Below the pieces are notes generated by a model that was not told the origin of the DNA, did not search any database, and was given only the letters and a program-made list of their open reading frames with translations. DNA of 64,000 nucleotides. It comes from Geosiphon pyriformis uo1. Lineage: Eukaryota > Fungi > Glomeromycota. How positions within the stretch are numbered: position 1 is the stretch's first letter; each line of letters starts with the position of its first letter. Position numbers and translations under genes: made by a program. Location: contig JAAOMT010000703.1 in the NCBI GenBank assembly GCA_016748015.1, positions 804,255-868,254 of the forward strand, written 5' to 3'. Shown here in pieces: positions 42,541-54,900 of the stretch.

Positions 42541-45500
42541 CTAAGATTGATAACTAAGAAAGCCATAAATACACTTTTGGGAAAAAACAATTTTTTGGAT
42601 GATGTTAGTAATGATAACATTTTGTTGGATACTCTGGTGATTTTTTCTCCCCCTCTAAAAAATCTGGTCAATGTTTTTGTTCGAAAATCTTTTGCTATGA
42701 ATATTGAACTTGACAAGATGGCTGAAATATCTTCTCAGAAAAAGCTGGTAATAGTCAGAAGATTATTTTCAAAAGTTAATGGTTTTGGGGAGGTCTCTAC
42801 TCCTTCAAAATTTTCTGGGATCATCTGTGCTTCCTTTACTTCTGAAGCTAGTTTGGCACAGACAACAGAAAAGGCAAGAGTGGTAGACATTTTAGTAAAT
42901 ACTGATCTCAAAAAATCAACTATTCACTTAGATCAGGCTGTAGTGGTAAAGGAAATTCCAGTTGAAACATCAGCTAAGGCTGTGCGCGCTGCACTTTCTG
43001 AATTTGGTTTTGTTGTGTTGATCAAAATATAATTGGTAGGGCTATGGCAAAAAACTGTGATTGAATTTGTCCAATCAGATTAGGCTGATTTGGTAGCAGT
43101 TAGATAGTCTATCTTGATCAAGAAAAATGCCATGAGAGTGGCCAAGGCTAATACAGACAAGGAATCTTGAGATACGAGGGATCAGCATAGGGCTTTGCTC
43201 TATATATTGCCAATAGACACCAATGCTCATGATATTTGAAACTTTATTGGCTCTATGGGTGAGAAAACATGTGTCATTAATCAATACTCTGTTATATATG
43301 CTAGGGCCAAGTGTGCTGTTGTTTGTTTTGACTCTGCTGTTTTAATTGATGCTGTTATAGAAACTATACTTGTCTTAAAAGGTGCCAAGCTGCATTGGTT
43401 TTATCTGAGTTCTGCTAAGTGTGCTAAGTGTGGGAATTTGGATTATACATTTCTGGATTGTTTTGTGAGTGAGAATGCTTTTCCTGGTGGTTCAACTCAC
43501 AAAATATTGTTGGATAATGATAAAAACAGACTGGTTTCCATTTATGTTAAATGCTCTGCTCCAATTTCTTATCCTGTTTTTTTTGGTGGTGTTTTATGGG
43601 CCAATATTGTTGGTGGGTCTTCATTCTCTCCTCTCTTTGTGCACAATGGCTCAGCTGCTTCTGGTTCTTTTTCAGAAAAGAAACCTACTCCAATGGTGCC
43701 TATAGATTTGAATAATAGGTTTGTCGCTCTTGAGCATAGTCTTGTCAGCCTTGCAGAACATGTTGACAAATTGGCTAAGAGATTGAACTTACCTGGGCCA
43801 ATGGTTTCCCAGCCTAGTCCTGGATGTCAGCTGTTGGTGATCTCTTTATCACAAAATCAAGAGGTGAATATAGTGATAAGTGAGAGTTCAGGTGTGGTCA
43901 CTGGTAGTGAAACTATTGCAGGAGTAGCAGTTTTTGGTTTTTTAGTTATCTTTAAAATGGAAGAAACTCTGAACAATCTTTCAATTACGGTTATAAGTCT
44001 CTTGGCCAAAATTGACAATACTAGTTTGGTTTCTGCTGTTTATCTTTTTCAATGATTGATCTGGTTTGGAAAATTGCAACATGCAATGTTTGTGGTATTA
44101 ATGTCTCTGCCAAGCAGAATGATATTGTTTGTTGACATGTAGATTCTGGAAATATGGTTTTTATTATTATGGAGACAAAGTTGAGGTTCAATGTTAGGCC
44201 TTGGATTATGAACAAGTTTGATGGTATAAGAATATTTTCTTCTGGTTTGAACAAAAAATTTCTTGGTGCTGGAGTGGCAATTATTATGAACAACTTTCTT
44301 GCACATCATGTTTTTAAGATTAAAGAGATTCCTAGTTATCTTATTTCTGTTCAGCTTCTTTTCAAGGGCAAGTTGTCAGTGGTAATTTTGGGCCTATACA
44401 CAAGTGCTTTTGCTGAAACCAAATTTGGCCAAGCTTGCAAAATCAACTTTATTATTGTCAAGGCTGCTAATTCCTTCACATTTGTGGTTTTGGGTGGTGA
44501 TTTCAATAAGAATAGATCTAAGAAGAGTGCTAGTTTTAAGTTTTGCTTAGATTTGGGATTGGTCAACTTCTTTAGCAAACACTTTCTGGTCAAAGCTTCT
44601 ACTTGGGGCAATTTCTGAAGTGCCATAAAGGTTATTAACTACATTTTTGTGAGCAAGAGTTTGTTGTTTGTATTGGCTGGTCATGAAGTTACTTCTGTCT
44701 CTGACTTCTTTAACACTAATCATAATGCTGTTTTGGTTTTAGTTGGTTTGAGTGGTCTCTTAGATGTCTGGCTCAATAGTAAGTGTAAGCAGGCCAATAA
44801 AAATAAGTGGAAATTCAAAATTAAGGATGCAAATGCTAATAAGTGAATACACTTTAGGAAACATTCATTAAATAAGTTCTTAGAATATATAGATATGTTC
44901 AATAATACAAAGGATACTAAAAATTTGGATGCTATATAGAAGATTCTTAAGAAAATGGTTATAAACTTAACTAATAGTGTGTTTTCTAGACACTGGTTTA
45001 GTGAGTTTGATTGTTAAAAAAATAAGCTGTTTTCTAAATTCTTTAAGCTGGAATTGTTGGTGGCCAAGTTGGTGAAGTGTTTAAGCTCAGATTAGAAATC
45101 AGAAGCTGCTTATCTTTTTAAGGTGTGGTCCACTCTTGATAGTAAGAGGGCCTTCAAAGCTTGCACAATGTTTGATAATAGTAAAAGCAGAAAGAGCATT
45201 CTTCAACACCTATCAAGAGTCAAAAAATTGTACAAAAAGTCCAAATACTATGAGTCTAGAGTGGCCAGAAACATTTCAATCAGAAAGACAATAAACAAGT
45301 GCATAGAAACCTTTAGCTTCAATAAAAGACATATAATTAAAAGTGTTTTGGAATGGCCATTTAGGAAAGTAGTGCTGGATCATCTAATTGTGAATAATGA
45401 GTTAATTTTGGAACCCAGAAAAGTTATGTCTGCTGTTGATAGTATCATGGAAGGATGGACAAGAAAACAGATTGCTCCTATTTCTATGTTTGTTCATTGG

Positions 45501-48500
45501 TCTAATCAATATGCTCCCTTAGACTATATTAGTAATACTGCATTCTCAAATGTTATGGATGTGATTGAATTGGCTGAGTTTCTCTTGGTGGTCAAAAAAC
45601 TGTCTGATGGGAAAGCTGCTGGTATTTTTGGTATTCCTAATGAGCTTTGGAAGCATGAAGATACTCAGATTCTAGGTGGTTTGTTGAATATTCTCAATGT
45701 GTGTTTGGAGTTGGGTGCAGTTTCTCTATAGTAGAAGCAAGCCTAGATTTCTATAATACCAAAGCCATATGACTGGAAGGGGACACTTATCAATACCAGA
45801 CCTATAGTTTTAGTTGAAACAGCCAAGAAAATACTGTCAAAAGTTCTTTCTGACAGAATATCTCTGGCATGCAGTAAATTTAATGTTTTTTATGATGATA
45901 ATTTCTCAGTTTTGAAGGGTACATTTACTCAAACTCTGATTTTTACCATTGGTTCTATCATTAAGAATGCATTTGAAAAGAGCAAAGAACTGTGGCTGGT
46001 ATTTTAAGATATGTGAAAAGTTTATGACTCAGTTGGATAGTTTCATTTGTAAAACAGTTTAGTTAAGATCAAGATATGCCCCCATTTTATTGAATTTTTT
46101 GGAAACATACACAATGGTCGGACCAATTGGATAATGACAGACTTTGAACTTATTGATGGATATACTGTTTATGATGGGTTAGATCAAGGGGAAGTTTTCT
46201 TGCCACTACTGTGAAGAATCTTCTATGATCCTCTGCTTTGTGAGGTCAAAAAGCATAAAAAATTGTATGGATATAGGTTAAATTTAAAATTTTTTACTAG
46301 GACTAGTAGAGCTGACCTTAAGGGTGGCAAAACTTCTTTTTTTGCAGCTGGTGCCTTTGTAGATAATACTATTTGGATTGGGAACTGTCTGGTGACTACA
46401 CAATACATTTTGAACATTGCGAGTAAATTTTTTTTGATCAATAACATTGCTATTAACACAAACAAAATGATTACTATTCTTATTAATCAAGAGGCCAGAG
46501 GTGTTTCATTGTTTATTAGTGGTTCTGAAATTTCTATTGCCAAAAAAGGTGAGTCCTACTGATATTTAGGGATTTTTTTTTCTATAGATGGCCTGTCTAA
46601 GCCGAGTTTGGCCAAAGTTTATTCAGATATCAGGTTTTTTTCAAATGTGGTTTTAAGAAAAGTCATCACTAAGAAACAGTTTCTATATTTGGTTTCTGCT
46701 GTTTTGCAGCTCATAATTGGTTATAGATTGCAGTTCAGCTGTGTTTCCAAGGGTGTATGTAAAAAGTGGGACAAAATATTGAAGAAAGGTTTAAAGCTTA
46801 AGGCCAATCTGCCCAAGGATTTTTCAAATAAAGCTTTGTATTATCTAGAGCTATATGGTTTAAAAACTTTTGAGCAAGTACTGACTGAAAATCTGCTGGC
46901 TGGCCTGATTAAGTTTGCTAATGCTGACAGAATCCTCAGTGAATTATTCAAACACAGAGCCATGGAGTTGCAGACCATTGGCTGGATGTCCCGGCACTTT
47001 CTTAAATTTTCAAGTAAGTTGCTAGTTGATTCCACAAATTGCTTTTTGGCTGACACAACATGTGCTCTTAAATTGTGCAACCTATCATTGGACAGTAATC
47101 TGCTTAATGTTTTTCAGGCCAGAAATAATATTGCAGTTTTGGATGTGCTTGGTTTTAAGTCTTATTTGGGCATAGTGAAGTCTCTTAAAAGATATGATGT
47201 AGTGTTCATGAACCAGCTTTTGGACCACCACAGCAAGTGTTTTATGTGGAACACGTTTTGCAGATAGAAGAAGCTGGATCCTAGAGACCCAGTTCCTGTC
47301 TGGTTTGCTTTTTTGGTCAAATTTATCATTGAAGATGGCTTGTTGAATGGTGTGCTGTTGTCTCCTCATTCCATTCCCACTGATTTTTCTTGTAACTTTG
47401 GTTATGTTGGTAAGCATCTGCTGAATTCCAGGTTGGGCTTTATTACTGTCTACACAAATAGTTCCATTAAAAATTTGGGTTTAGTGCAAGCTTATGGTGG
47501 TGCTGCTACCTATTTTCTGGATGTAGACACTAGTGTTGGAATTAAAATAAATGGGTTGCTGTCATCAACTCTAGTGGAACTGCAGACTATTGCACTTGCT
47601 TTGGAGTGTGTGCCTGTTTCTTAATCTGTTGACTTGTATACAGACAGCCAAGCTTCACTGGACTTATGCAAATCTGCTGGTAATATGGCTGGTTCTGACT
47701 TTTGCGACAAATGCTGGATCAAAAAGGAACATATTTGCTGTGTTATTTCCAAAAAAATTTGTCAATTAAGTGAATTAAAATCAAAGACCATTCTGATGTT
47801 ATTAGAAATGAACGTGCCAATTTTTATGTTGATGCAGCTGTCACCTCTGAGTTCTTTTTGTCTCTTGTAGTACCTTATCACTTTCTCAATGTTAAAGACA
47901 GATTTGTTTTCAGAAATGCTTGTCATGTTGCCAAGAAATTATTCAATACTGTTTACTCTGTTGGTTAAGAGACCAGATGTGTTGGTAGTGTTATTAGTGT
48001 GGGTCTTAGTGACCATTTTGATAAAGCCAGAACTTTTTGTGTTTGGCATCCTAATGGCAGGATCAGATCTGGTTACACTAGTGCTGTATCAGCGGCATTT
48101 TGGTCATACTTCATGAAAGTGCTCTATTATTGCTTACCAATGGCCAAAAAAAAAATGTATAATCTGAATTATCCAAATATTACCTGCATTTGGTGTGATT
48201 TAATGGAAGACTTTGATCACGTTTTTTCTTGTAGTTTTGATATCAATGTTTGGAATATCTTATTGTTTAATGCTATTTTGGAGTGAAATATATTGCTAAG
48301 TGCTTTTACCAATGGAAATGCAATCGCTAATTCACTGAATAAGACTGCTTCTTCCATAGATTTGTTTATGGCACTGGTTAAAGATTTTGTGCTAAAAAGT
48401 TGGGTGGTTGATATGTTGGGCTGTTTGGGTGCTAACTCTGGTGGGGGTGCATTGGTTGTCAATTTCATTTGTTGTTTTGTTGAGAGCTATAGGTTTGCCA

Positions 48501-49778
48501 TTTGGCTGCCAATGACTAAGTTGAAAGCTTATTATGAAAAATATAATCTCCTGCCATGTAATGGTTCTTCTATTCCTTCAGTGTCTGGTTTGTCTTCTTT
48601 GTGGTTTGCTGGGACAATCTGGAATTTTGGTTTCAGACCAAGTAGCTATGTGTGTTTTGGGTTGTATTTATGTTTAATCAGATCAGATTTTGGTTTTCTG
48701 TGTGATGTCCCTGTGGTAAAAAATTTAGGTGTGTAGTGCTGCCTTGATTGGCCTGAGTGGCTGGTCATGTGTAGAAAAGACATAAGCCATGCTTAATTTA
48801 GATTATGTTGATCTATGTATTTAGGTAGTAGTTGGGCTGCATTTATAAAACTTCTAATAAAAAATAAAAAAAAAAGTTGTAATAATAATAAATTTTGTTA
48901 ATATAAATAATTTTTTAAATTATTTGTTTTATTATAAGTTTGTAAACTTATATGTTTTAAATTAAAAACATTATAATTTGTTTTTATTTTTTGTCAAACT
49001 GAGTATTAATTTATTGAATTGTTTTTTAAATAATATAATTAATATTTAATATTATCTTAATTAATATTGTATTTTTTGGTTTTGCTTTAAATATAGTTGT
49101 GTTAAATATTTTAAATAACTTTAAGTTTTTTAACTTGGTTAAATACTTAAAAAAAATGGGTTTTATGTATTTTAATTAATTAAAAAATAAAAAAAGTATT
49201 ATAATAAGTTAAAGTATTTTTAAATATTAAAAATATATAAATTTTTAAAACCCAATTTTTAATTAATATAAAATTTGTGTTGTTTATTTGAATTTTATTA
49301 ATATTATATTTTTTAATTTAAATTATATTAATATATTGAATTTTTTGGTTATAAAAATTAATATATTATATTTTAGATTATAATTATATAATAATAATAA
49401 GATTGTTATTTTTATTAATAAATTGGTTAAAAATGTAAATTTTTTTTTGATAATTAATAGTATAATTTAAGATATTATATTGTTAATATTTACTAAGCTT
49501 ATAATTATAATATTAATATTAAAATATACTTTTAATAATATAAAGTATATTATTAATATAAATAGTCAAGTAGCTATTTTAATATATAAATTTAAATTAA
49601 AATATAACAAATTTGATTTTTATAATAAGTATTAAATTAAATAACATAAAATTGTTAAAGTTATTAAAAATAAAAATTTGCACATAAAATTAAAGATTAT
49701 TTTAATGTTTTAAACAATAAAAAAATTTTAAATATTATTTTCTTTATAATAACTAATAAAGTTTCAATAAAAAAAGAT

Positions 49779-50572
49779 GGTTTTACCAGCATGTGCACGG
49801 CGGGATGTCGTACTTACTTTATGAAGGCTCTCCATCATTGGCTTTCTGTTGCTGTGCGCAAGCGTTTATATGATAGGAGTTACCCCAGTGTGGTCTGTCT
49901 GTTATGTGGTGATGTTGAGACCTCGGATCATGTCTTTTCGTGTCCTCAGGATGCTGTTGGCCATGCTCGTTTGTTGGGCGCACATGCTTCAACTTGGAAA
50001 GCTCTTTCTGGCCTTTCTCGCTCTTCTTCATGTGTCTTACAGGCCTTAGCTTCTTGTGTTTTTGAAGTTGGAGTGGGTGTTGCTCTGTGTAAGGGTTTTG
50101 TTTTCGATGAATGGTTTCGTGAGTCTATCTCGGTCTTTAAAAATTCTAGAGAGGGTGCTAAGAAGATTGTGAGCTTTGTGCGTAAGTTTTGTTTAGCATT
50201 TCAGGATGATGTTTGGTTGGCTCGGGCCAGACACCGAGTGTTTATGGAGAAGCATGGTTTGATTTCACGTGATGGCTCCACTCCTACTTCGGTTTCTGGT
50301 TTGCCTAAGGTGTTTTTGGCTGGTGTGATCAAATTGCTGGGGGTGGCTGAGGCATTTGGTGTTGGTTTTGGGTTTCATAAGTTTTGTCTATTTTTTTCAG
50401 ATATTGGGGATTCGGTTTCTGTGCATATAAGTATATAGTGTAGTCCTGACTGGCCCGAGTGGCTGGTCACGTGTAAAAAGCACATGATTCGCACCTAGTT
50501 TAGATTATTTGTATAATGTATAGCACTAGGTTGCGTTTGGACCTCACTCGTTAAAATAAAAAAAATAAAAAA
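49779..50572 (+). mobile_element. Young 5'-truncated LINE copy (C-terminal zinc finger region + 3' UTR + A-rich tail); 13-bp TSD aataaaaaaagat (49766-49778 / 50573-50585)
   Basis: Stop-free ORF 49791-50438 (CLLCGDVETSDHVFSC) homologous to 48100-48736; CpGs retained; TPRT hallmarks. Confidence 0.9.
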
Positions 50573-50700
50573 AATAAAAAAAGATTTTTTTATTGTTAAA
50601 ACAATTAAACAGAATGTTTTGGCTATGTTTTTTTTAAGTATTAGTAGTAAAAAACTGTTATTAACAGTTTTTAAAATATTTTTTTATTTTTAATTAGTAA

Positions 50701-51930
50701 TATTACTTATAAAAAAAAGCTACTGTTACAAATAATTATTTAAGGTGTTGATACAAATAACAAACTCATAACTTAATGTTTAATAGCTAATATGGTTGGT
50801 AATATTTAAAGATTTTTGTAATCTGAAGGTTTTGATATTCTGAAGATTTGGTATTCTGAAGGTTTTGGTGTAAGTTTTTTGTATAATAAACAGAGATTTA
50901 AGTGTTGTTTAGCAGTCTTTCGGAATCACAATTTTATCCAATTTTTGTCTTCAGTATAATAGCCAGTTTAGTTTAGCAGTTATGCCCTTTTAGTAAGCTA
51001 TTTATAAATTTTTTAAACTTTATACTCTTTCTTTAAGATCTTTTACCAAGCTATTCTTGATGTCAATTAATTCATGCTTAATTTTTCAAATCAATTAATA
51101 AACAACAAACAACAAAGAAAATAAATAAAAATAAATAAAATAAAGAAATAAGCCAAGACAAAAAAAAGTTAGTATCTTATTAATAGCTGTGATTAAAAGC
51201 TATTGGTCTAGTGTAGTTAAGTATTACCAATTATTAACATGAATTGTTAATAATAAAAAAATGGATTGTAATATTTAATAAATATTTTATTGATATTTGA
51301 TGTTTTTACTTCAAGTTATAGAATATTATTATATAAAAAGATAATTATGGAATTGAAGCTGGAGTTCTAAACTAAAGATTCTGTCTTTTCTGTTTTTAAT
51401 GCTATTACTATATATACATAAATTTCATTGTATGAAATTTTTTGAATTCTTCAATTTTTTAGCCAAGAATTCTGGAATTCCTGAAATTCTGTAATTTCTT
51501 AAGAGGAATTCTAAAATTCTGGAATTTTGTGATTCCTCATACAGGAATTCTGTAATTCTGAAATCTTGCAATTTCTCTAGAAAGAATTTTGGAATTTCAC
51601 TTTTTACTACATCTATTCTGATTGGCTAATTTATGTACTAATATATAATTCCTATATTCTATAAATAACAATACAAAAAAAAATAAAGAAAACAAATAAT
51701 AAGAATAAGCCAATAAAAAACAGTACTCAATATATAAACATATTTTCAAGAATATGTATATTTACAAAAAATAAACACATTGTTAAAAAATTATGACATA
51801 TTTTTAAAAAATCATGCCATATTGTTTAAAAATAAGCACAGTTTTAAAAAGTAATATAAAAAAGAGTAGAAATATGTAGAATCTTGTATAATAGAAATTA
51901 GATATATATAGCAGTATTTTGAGATCTAAA
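50701..51930 (+). mobile_element. Partial LTR (U3) split by the solo LTR at 50724-51670
   Basis: 50701 tattacttataaaaaa resembles an LTR start; 51671-51920 has gccaat, U3 repeats like those at 3440-3570, and tatatatagcagta. Confidence 0.45.
50724..51670 (-). mobile_element. Solo LTR (GGAATTCC-array subfamily)
   Basis: Reverse complement of both LTR ends (tgttaca... at 50724; ...ttcctatattctataaataaca ending 51670); flanks ctac/atac (imperfect TSD). Confidence 0.8.
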
Positions 51931-54900
51931 GACTTGGATTAAGTTTTTTGTATAATAAACAGAAATTCAATTGTTTTGTCTTTAGTAAAATTTTTTTAGC
52001 ATAGTAATTGGTTTAATATAATAGTTATGTTCTTTTAATAAGCTATTTTTTAAGTTTTATTCTTGTTTTATAAATCTTTTATCAGACTATTTTTGATGTC
52101 AAATTTCAATGCTTAATCTTTGTTTAATTAATTAATAAACACAATAGCAAAATAAAATAATAATAAATAAAGTTAAAAAATTAATATCTTATTAATAGTC
52201 ATAATTATGAACTATTATTTTAATATAATTAAGTATTGAGTATTATTAGCATAAATTGCTGATATAATAAAATATTAGTAAATAACTTAATTAAGCAATA
52301 ACAATAACATAAATTAAGTAATAATTGATAATTTTATTAATAAATAGATAATTTTATTTTAAATAAAAATAAATTAACTTTTAAAAAAAATAAAAAAAAG
52401 ATTAAGTTTTTAATTTTTTTTTTTTAATTTTATTACTATATATACATATTTTTATTATATAAAATTTTTTGAAATTCTGTAATTCTATAATTTTTATTAA
52501 AAATATTATTAAAATTTTAAAATTCTAGTTAAAAAAAATTCTAATTTTTTTTACTATGTCTATTTCTTTTTTTAGAATTACATTAATAATTTTGGTCTGT
52601 AATTTTTTAAACAGAGTATTAATGATTTTTTTTATTAATTAATTATTATTGTGTTTATTACTAAATATAACAGTATTTCCAAATAGTTTTAAAATTTTGT
52701 TTGTAATTAGTAAATTGCTTTTGCATATGTAGTTAAATTGTTTTTTTCCACAAATTGTTTTATTTATTATAATATGATTGGATTGAATATTTGCTTGGTT
52801 TTATTTGTATACAAATTCTGAATATTTAATTGTTTTTTCAAATAGTAATAATAAAAGTTTTTAGAAAATTGTTGTATTTATTGATTCTAATTTTTTTGAT
52901 TATTTTTTAGTATCATAAAATTATTATTTGATTTTTTAATATTGTTTTTACTTTTTTTATTATTTTATTTACTATATTTTTAGATAATAGATATATTTGA
53001 TATTGTGAATTGTTTTAGAGTTTCTGTTTTTTTTCTGTGTTTTTGTATTGGATAGTTTATTTATTAATTGTAATTTTCATATCTAACTTTTAATATTTTA
53101 TAAATTAAAACAATAATTGTATTATAGAATAAATATTGTTAATAATTTCTATCTTTTAATCTTTTTTTTTGTTATATATGCTAAGTTTTTATATAGTACT
53201 AGTTAATTTGATTTATGTGTTTATTTTAATAATTATAATTGATTTCAAATCTTGTAAAATTTTATTTGGCTTAATTAATGTTTTTTGTACTTCTAATTAT
53301 GAAATATTATTAATAAATAATAATATTTGGTTGTAATATAGCTTAAGTTAATTATTATATACTGTTTTGACTAAAATTTTATTGTTTTATCTTAGTTTAT
53401 AAATTTTATTTTTTAGAATTTTTTTAATATAAAATAGACTATTTTATTTGAAATCCAACTTTTTACTTTATTGTTTTTCTGTTTTAGTATAATATAAAAA
53501 TATTTTGTTTTTAATCTTGAATTTAATTAGTTTATTTAGTAATTAATTATTATGTTGTTTTTTTTGTTTTTTTTGTAATTTTTAAATATTATTAACTGTT
53601 TTTCTTTATTTATTTTCTAGTGTCTTTATTAAATTATATGTTTTTTATAACAATATTACTTAATAGTTAGCTTTTGTTATTGATTTGATTAAATATATCT
53701 GAATATTTATCTTAATTAGTAGTGTTGCTATTTTATTATAGACTAATTTAAATAGTATTATTTAAGTTATATTTTGCTTTATTGTTCAATAAGTAAATAG
53801 TACTGAGAATATAAACAAATTTTATTCATCTTAATTTTTTTGGATGATTTTAATTATTGTTTTACATAATATTCTGTTAAACTTTTTGATTAAGTCATTT
53901 ATTTGTAAATAATATAATAATAAAAATAGTCTTTTTATTCCAAATTTTTGATTTAATTCTGTTAAGATTCTATTTACAAAGTGAGTTTTTTAGTCTAATA
54001 ATAGTTTTTTTAAATATTTATAACAACAAATCAGTTTATAATACACAAATTCTACTATCATTTTTGCATTGGTTTTTTGAATGGCTTTAGCTTCTAGCTA
54101 TTTAATAAAATAATTTATTGCTATTATTATATATTTATTGTTTTTGTTAATAATTATTAGTAGTTCTACTAAGTTAATTTCAATTTAATTAAATAATTGT
54201 CTTATATTAATTAGTCTTAGTAATTTACTAAGTTTTGTTCTTTTTCTTTTTAATAAGCATTACAATTTTAAATATATTAATAATATTTAAGTATATTAAT
54301 GACTAATAATATTGTTTTTTGGTTTTTTTAATTGTGGTTTTTTTTATAAAAATATTTTGCTGTTGGATCTAAATATATATTAAATAGTATTGTTTTTTTT
54401 TGGTTCTATAACTATTCTAAGTAGTTGGTTTGGCTTTTTTTTGTTTTTTCAATATAGTATATTTTAATAAAATATTTTAATTGTTATTTTATATTATTTT
54501 GTTTATTCTAAGATAATTTTTTTTAAATTGTTAAATATTAATATAATATTAAAGTTGTTGGTATTTTTGTATATTTATTTTTTTAACTTATTTTTGGTAT
54601 TGAAATATTTTTAGATTTGTTTTATTCTGAATAAATTATTAATATTAATATTAATATTTTTTTTTATAGTGTACTATATAATTAAACAATAATAATTTTA
54701 TTTTCTATCTTATATAATAATTGTTTTCAAATTTTTGTTTCTGAATTAATTTTAATTTTTTGTGGTCTGTGTATATAGCAAACTTTTAACTTAAATATTT
54801 TTTCTATTTTATCACAATTTAATAAATAGTTAAATATTTTAATACTAGAATGCTATAATTTTTTTTATTGAATTTAAACTTTGGTTTATATATACTACTG

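Larger units (their letters stand above)
31951..48875 (+). mobile_element. Full-length decayed LINE (ORF1 with zinc knuckle; ORF2 APE-RT-RNase H-zinc finger; polyA), split by a Gypsy insertion at 32384-42540
   Basis: ORF1 32050-32383 + 42541-44055 (CAKCGNLDYTFLDC). ORF2 from 44052: WKIATCNV, ETK, LGGDFN, KAAGIFGIPNELWK, NTRPI, GLDQG, AFVDNT, RNase H YTNSS/ELQTI/TDSQ, CIWC..EDFDHVFSC. PolyA to 48875. Possible 13-bp TSD aaaaaataaagtt (31938) / aaaaaaaaaagtt (48866). Confidence 0.9.

Noticed and set aside
33266-48736. Alternative genetic code or stop readthrough in TE ORFs
   Set aside because: Stops fall at Gln/Arg/Trp positions consistent with C>T/G>A mutation, and host genes use the standard code.
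50440-50490. Hammerhead ribozyme in the LINE 3' UTR
   Set aside because: CTGACTG is not CUGANGA and there is no GAAA core in the right place.
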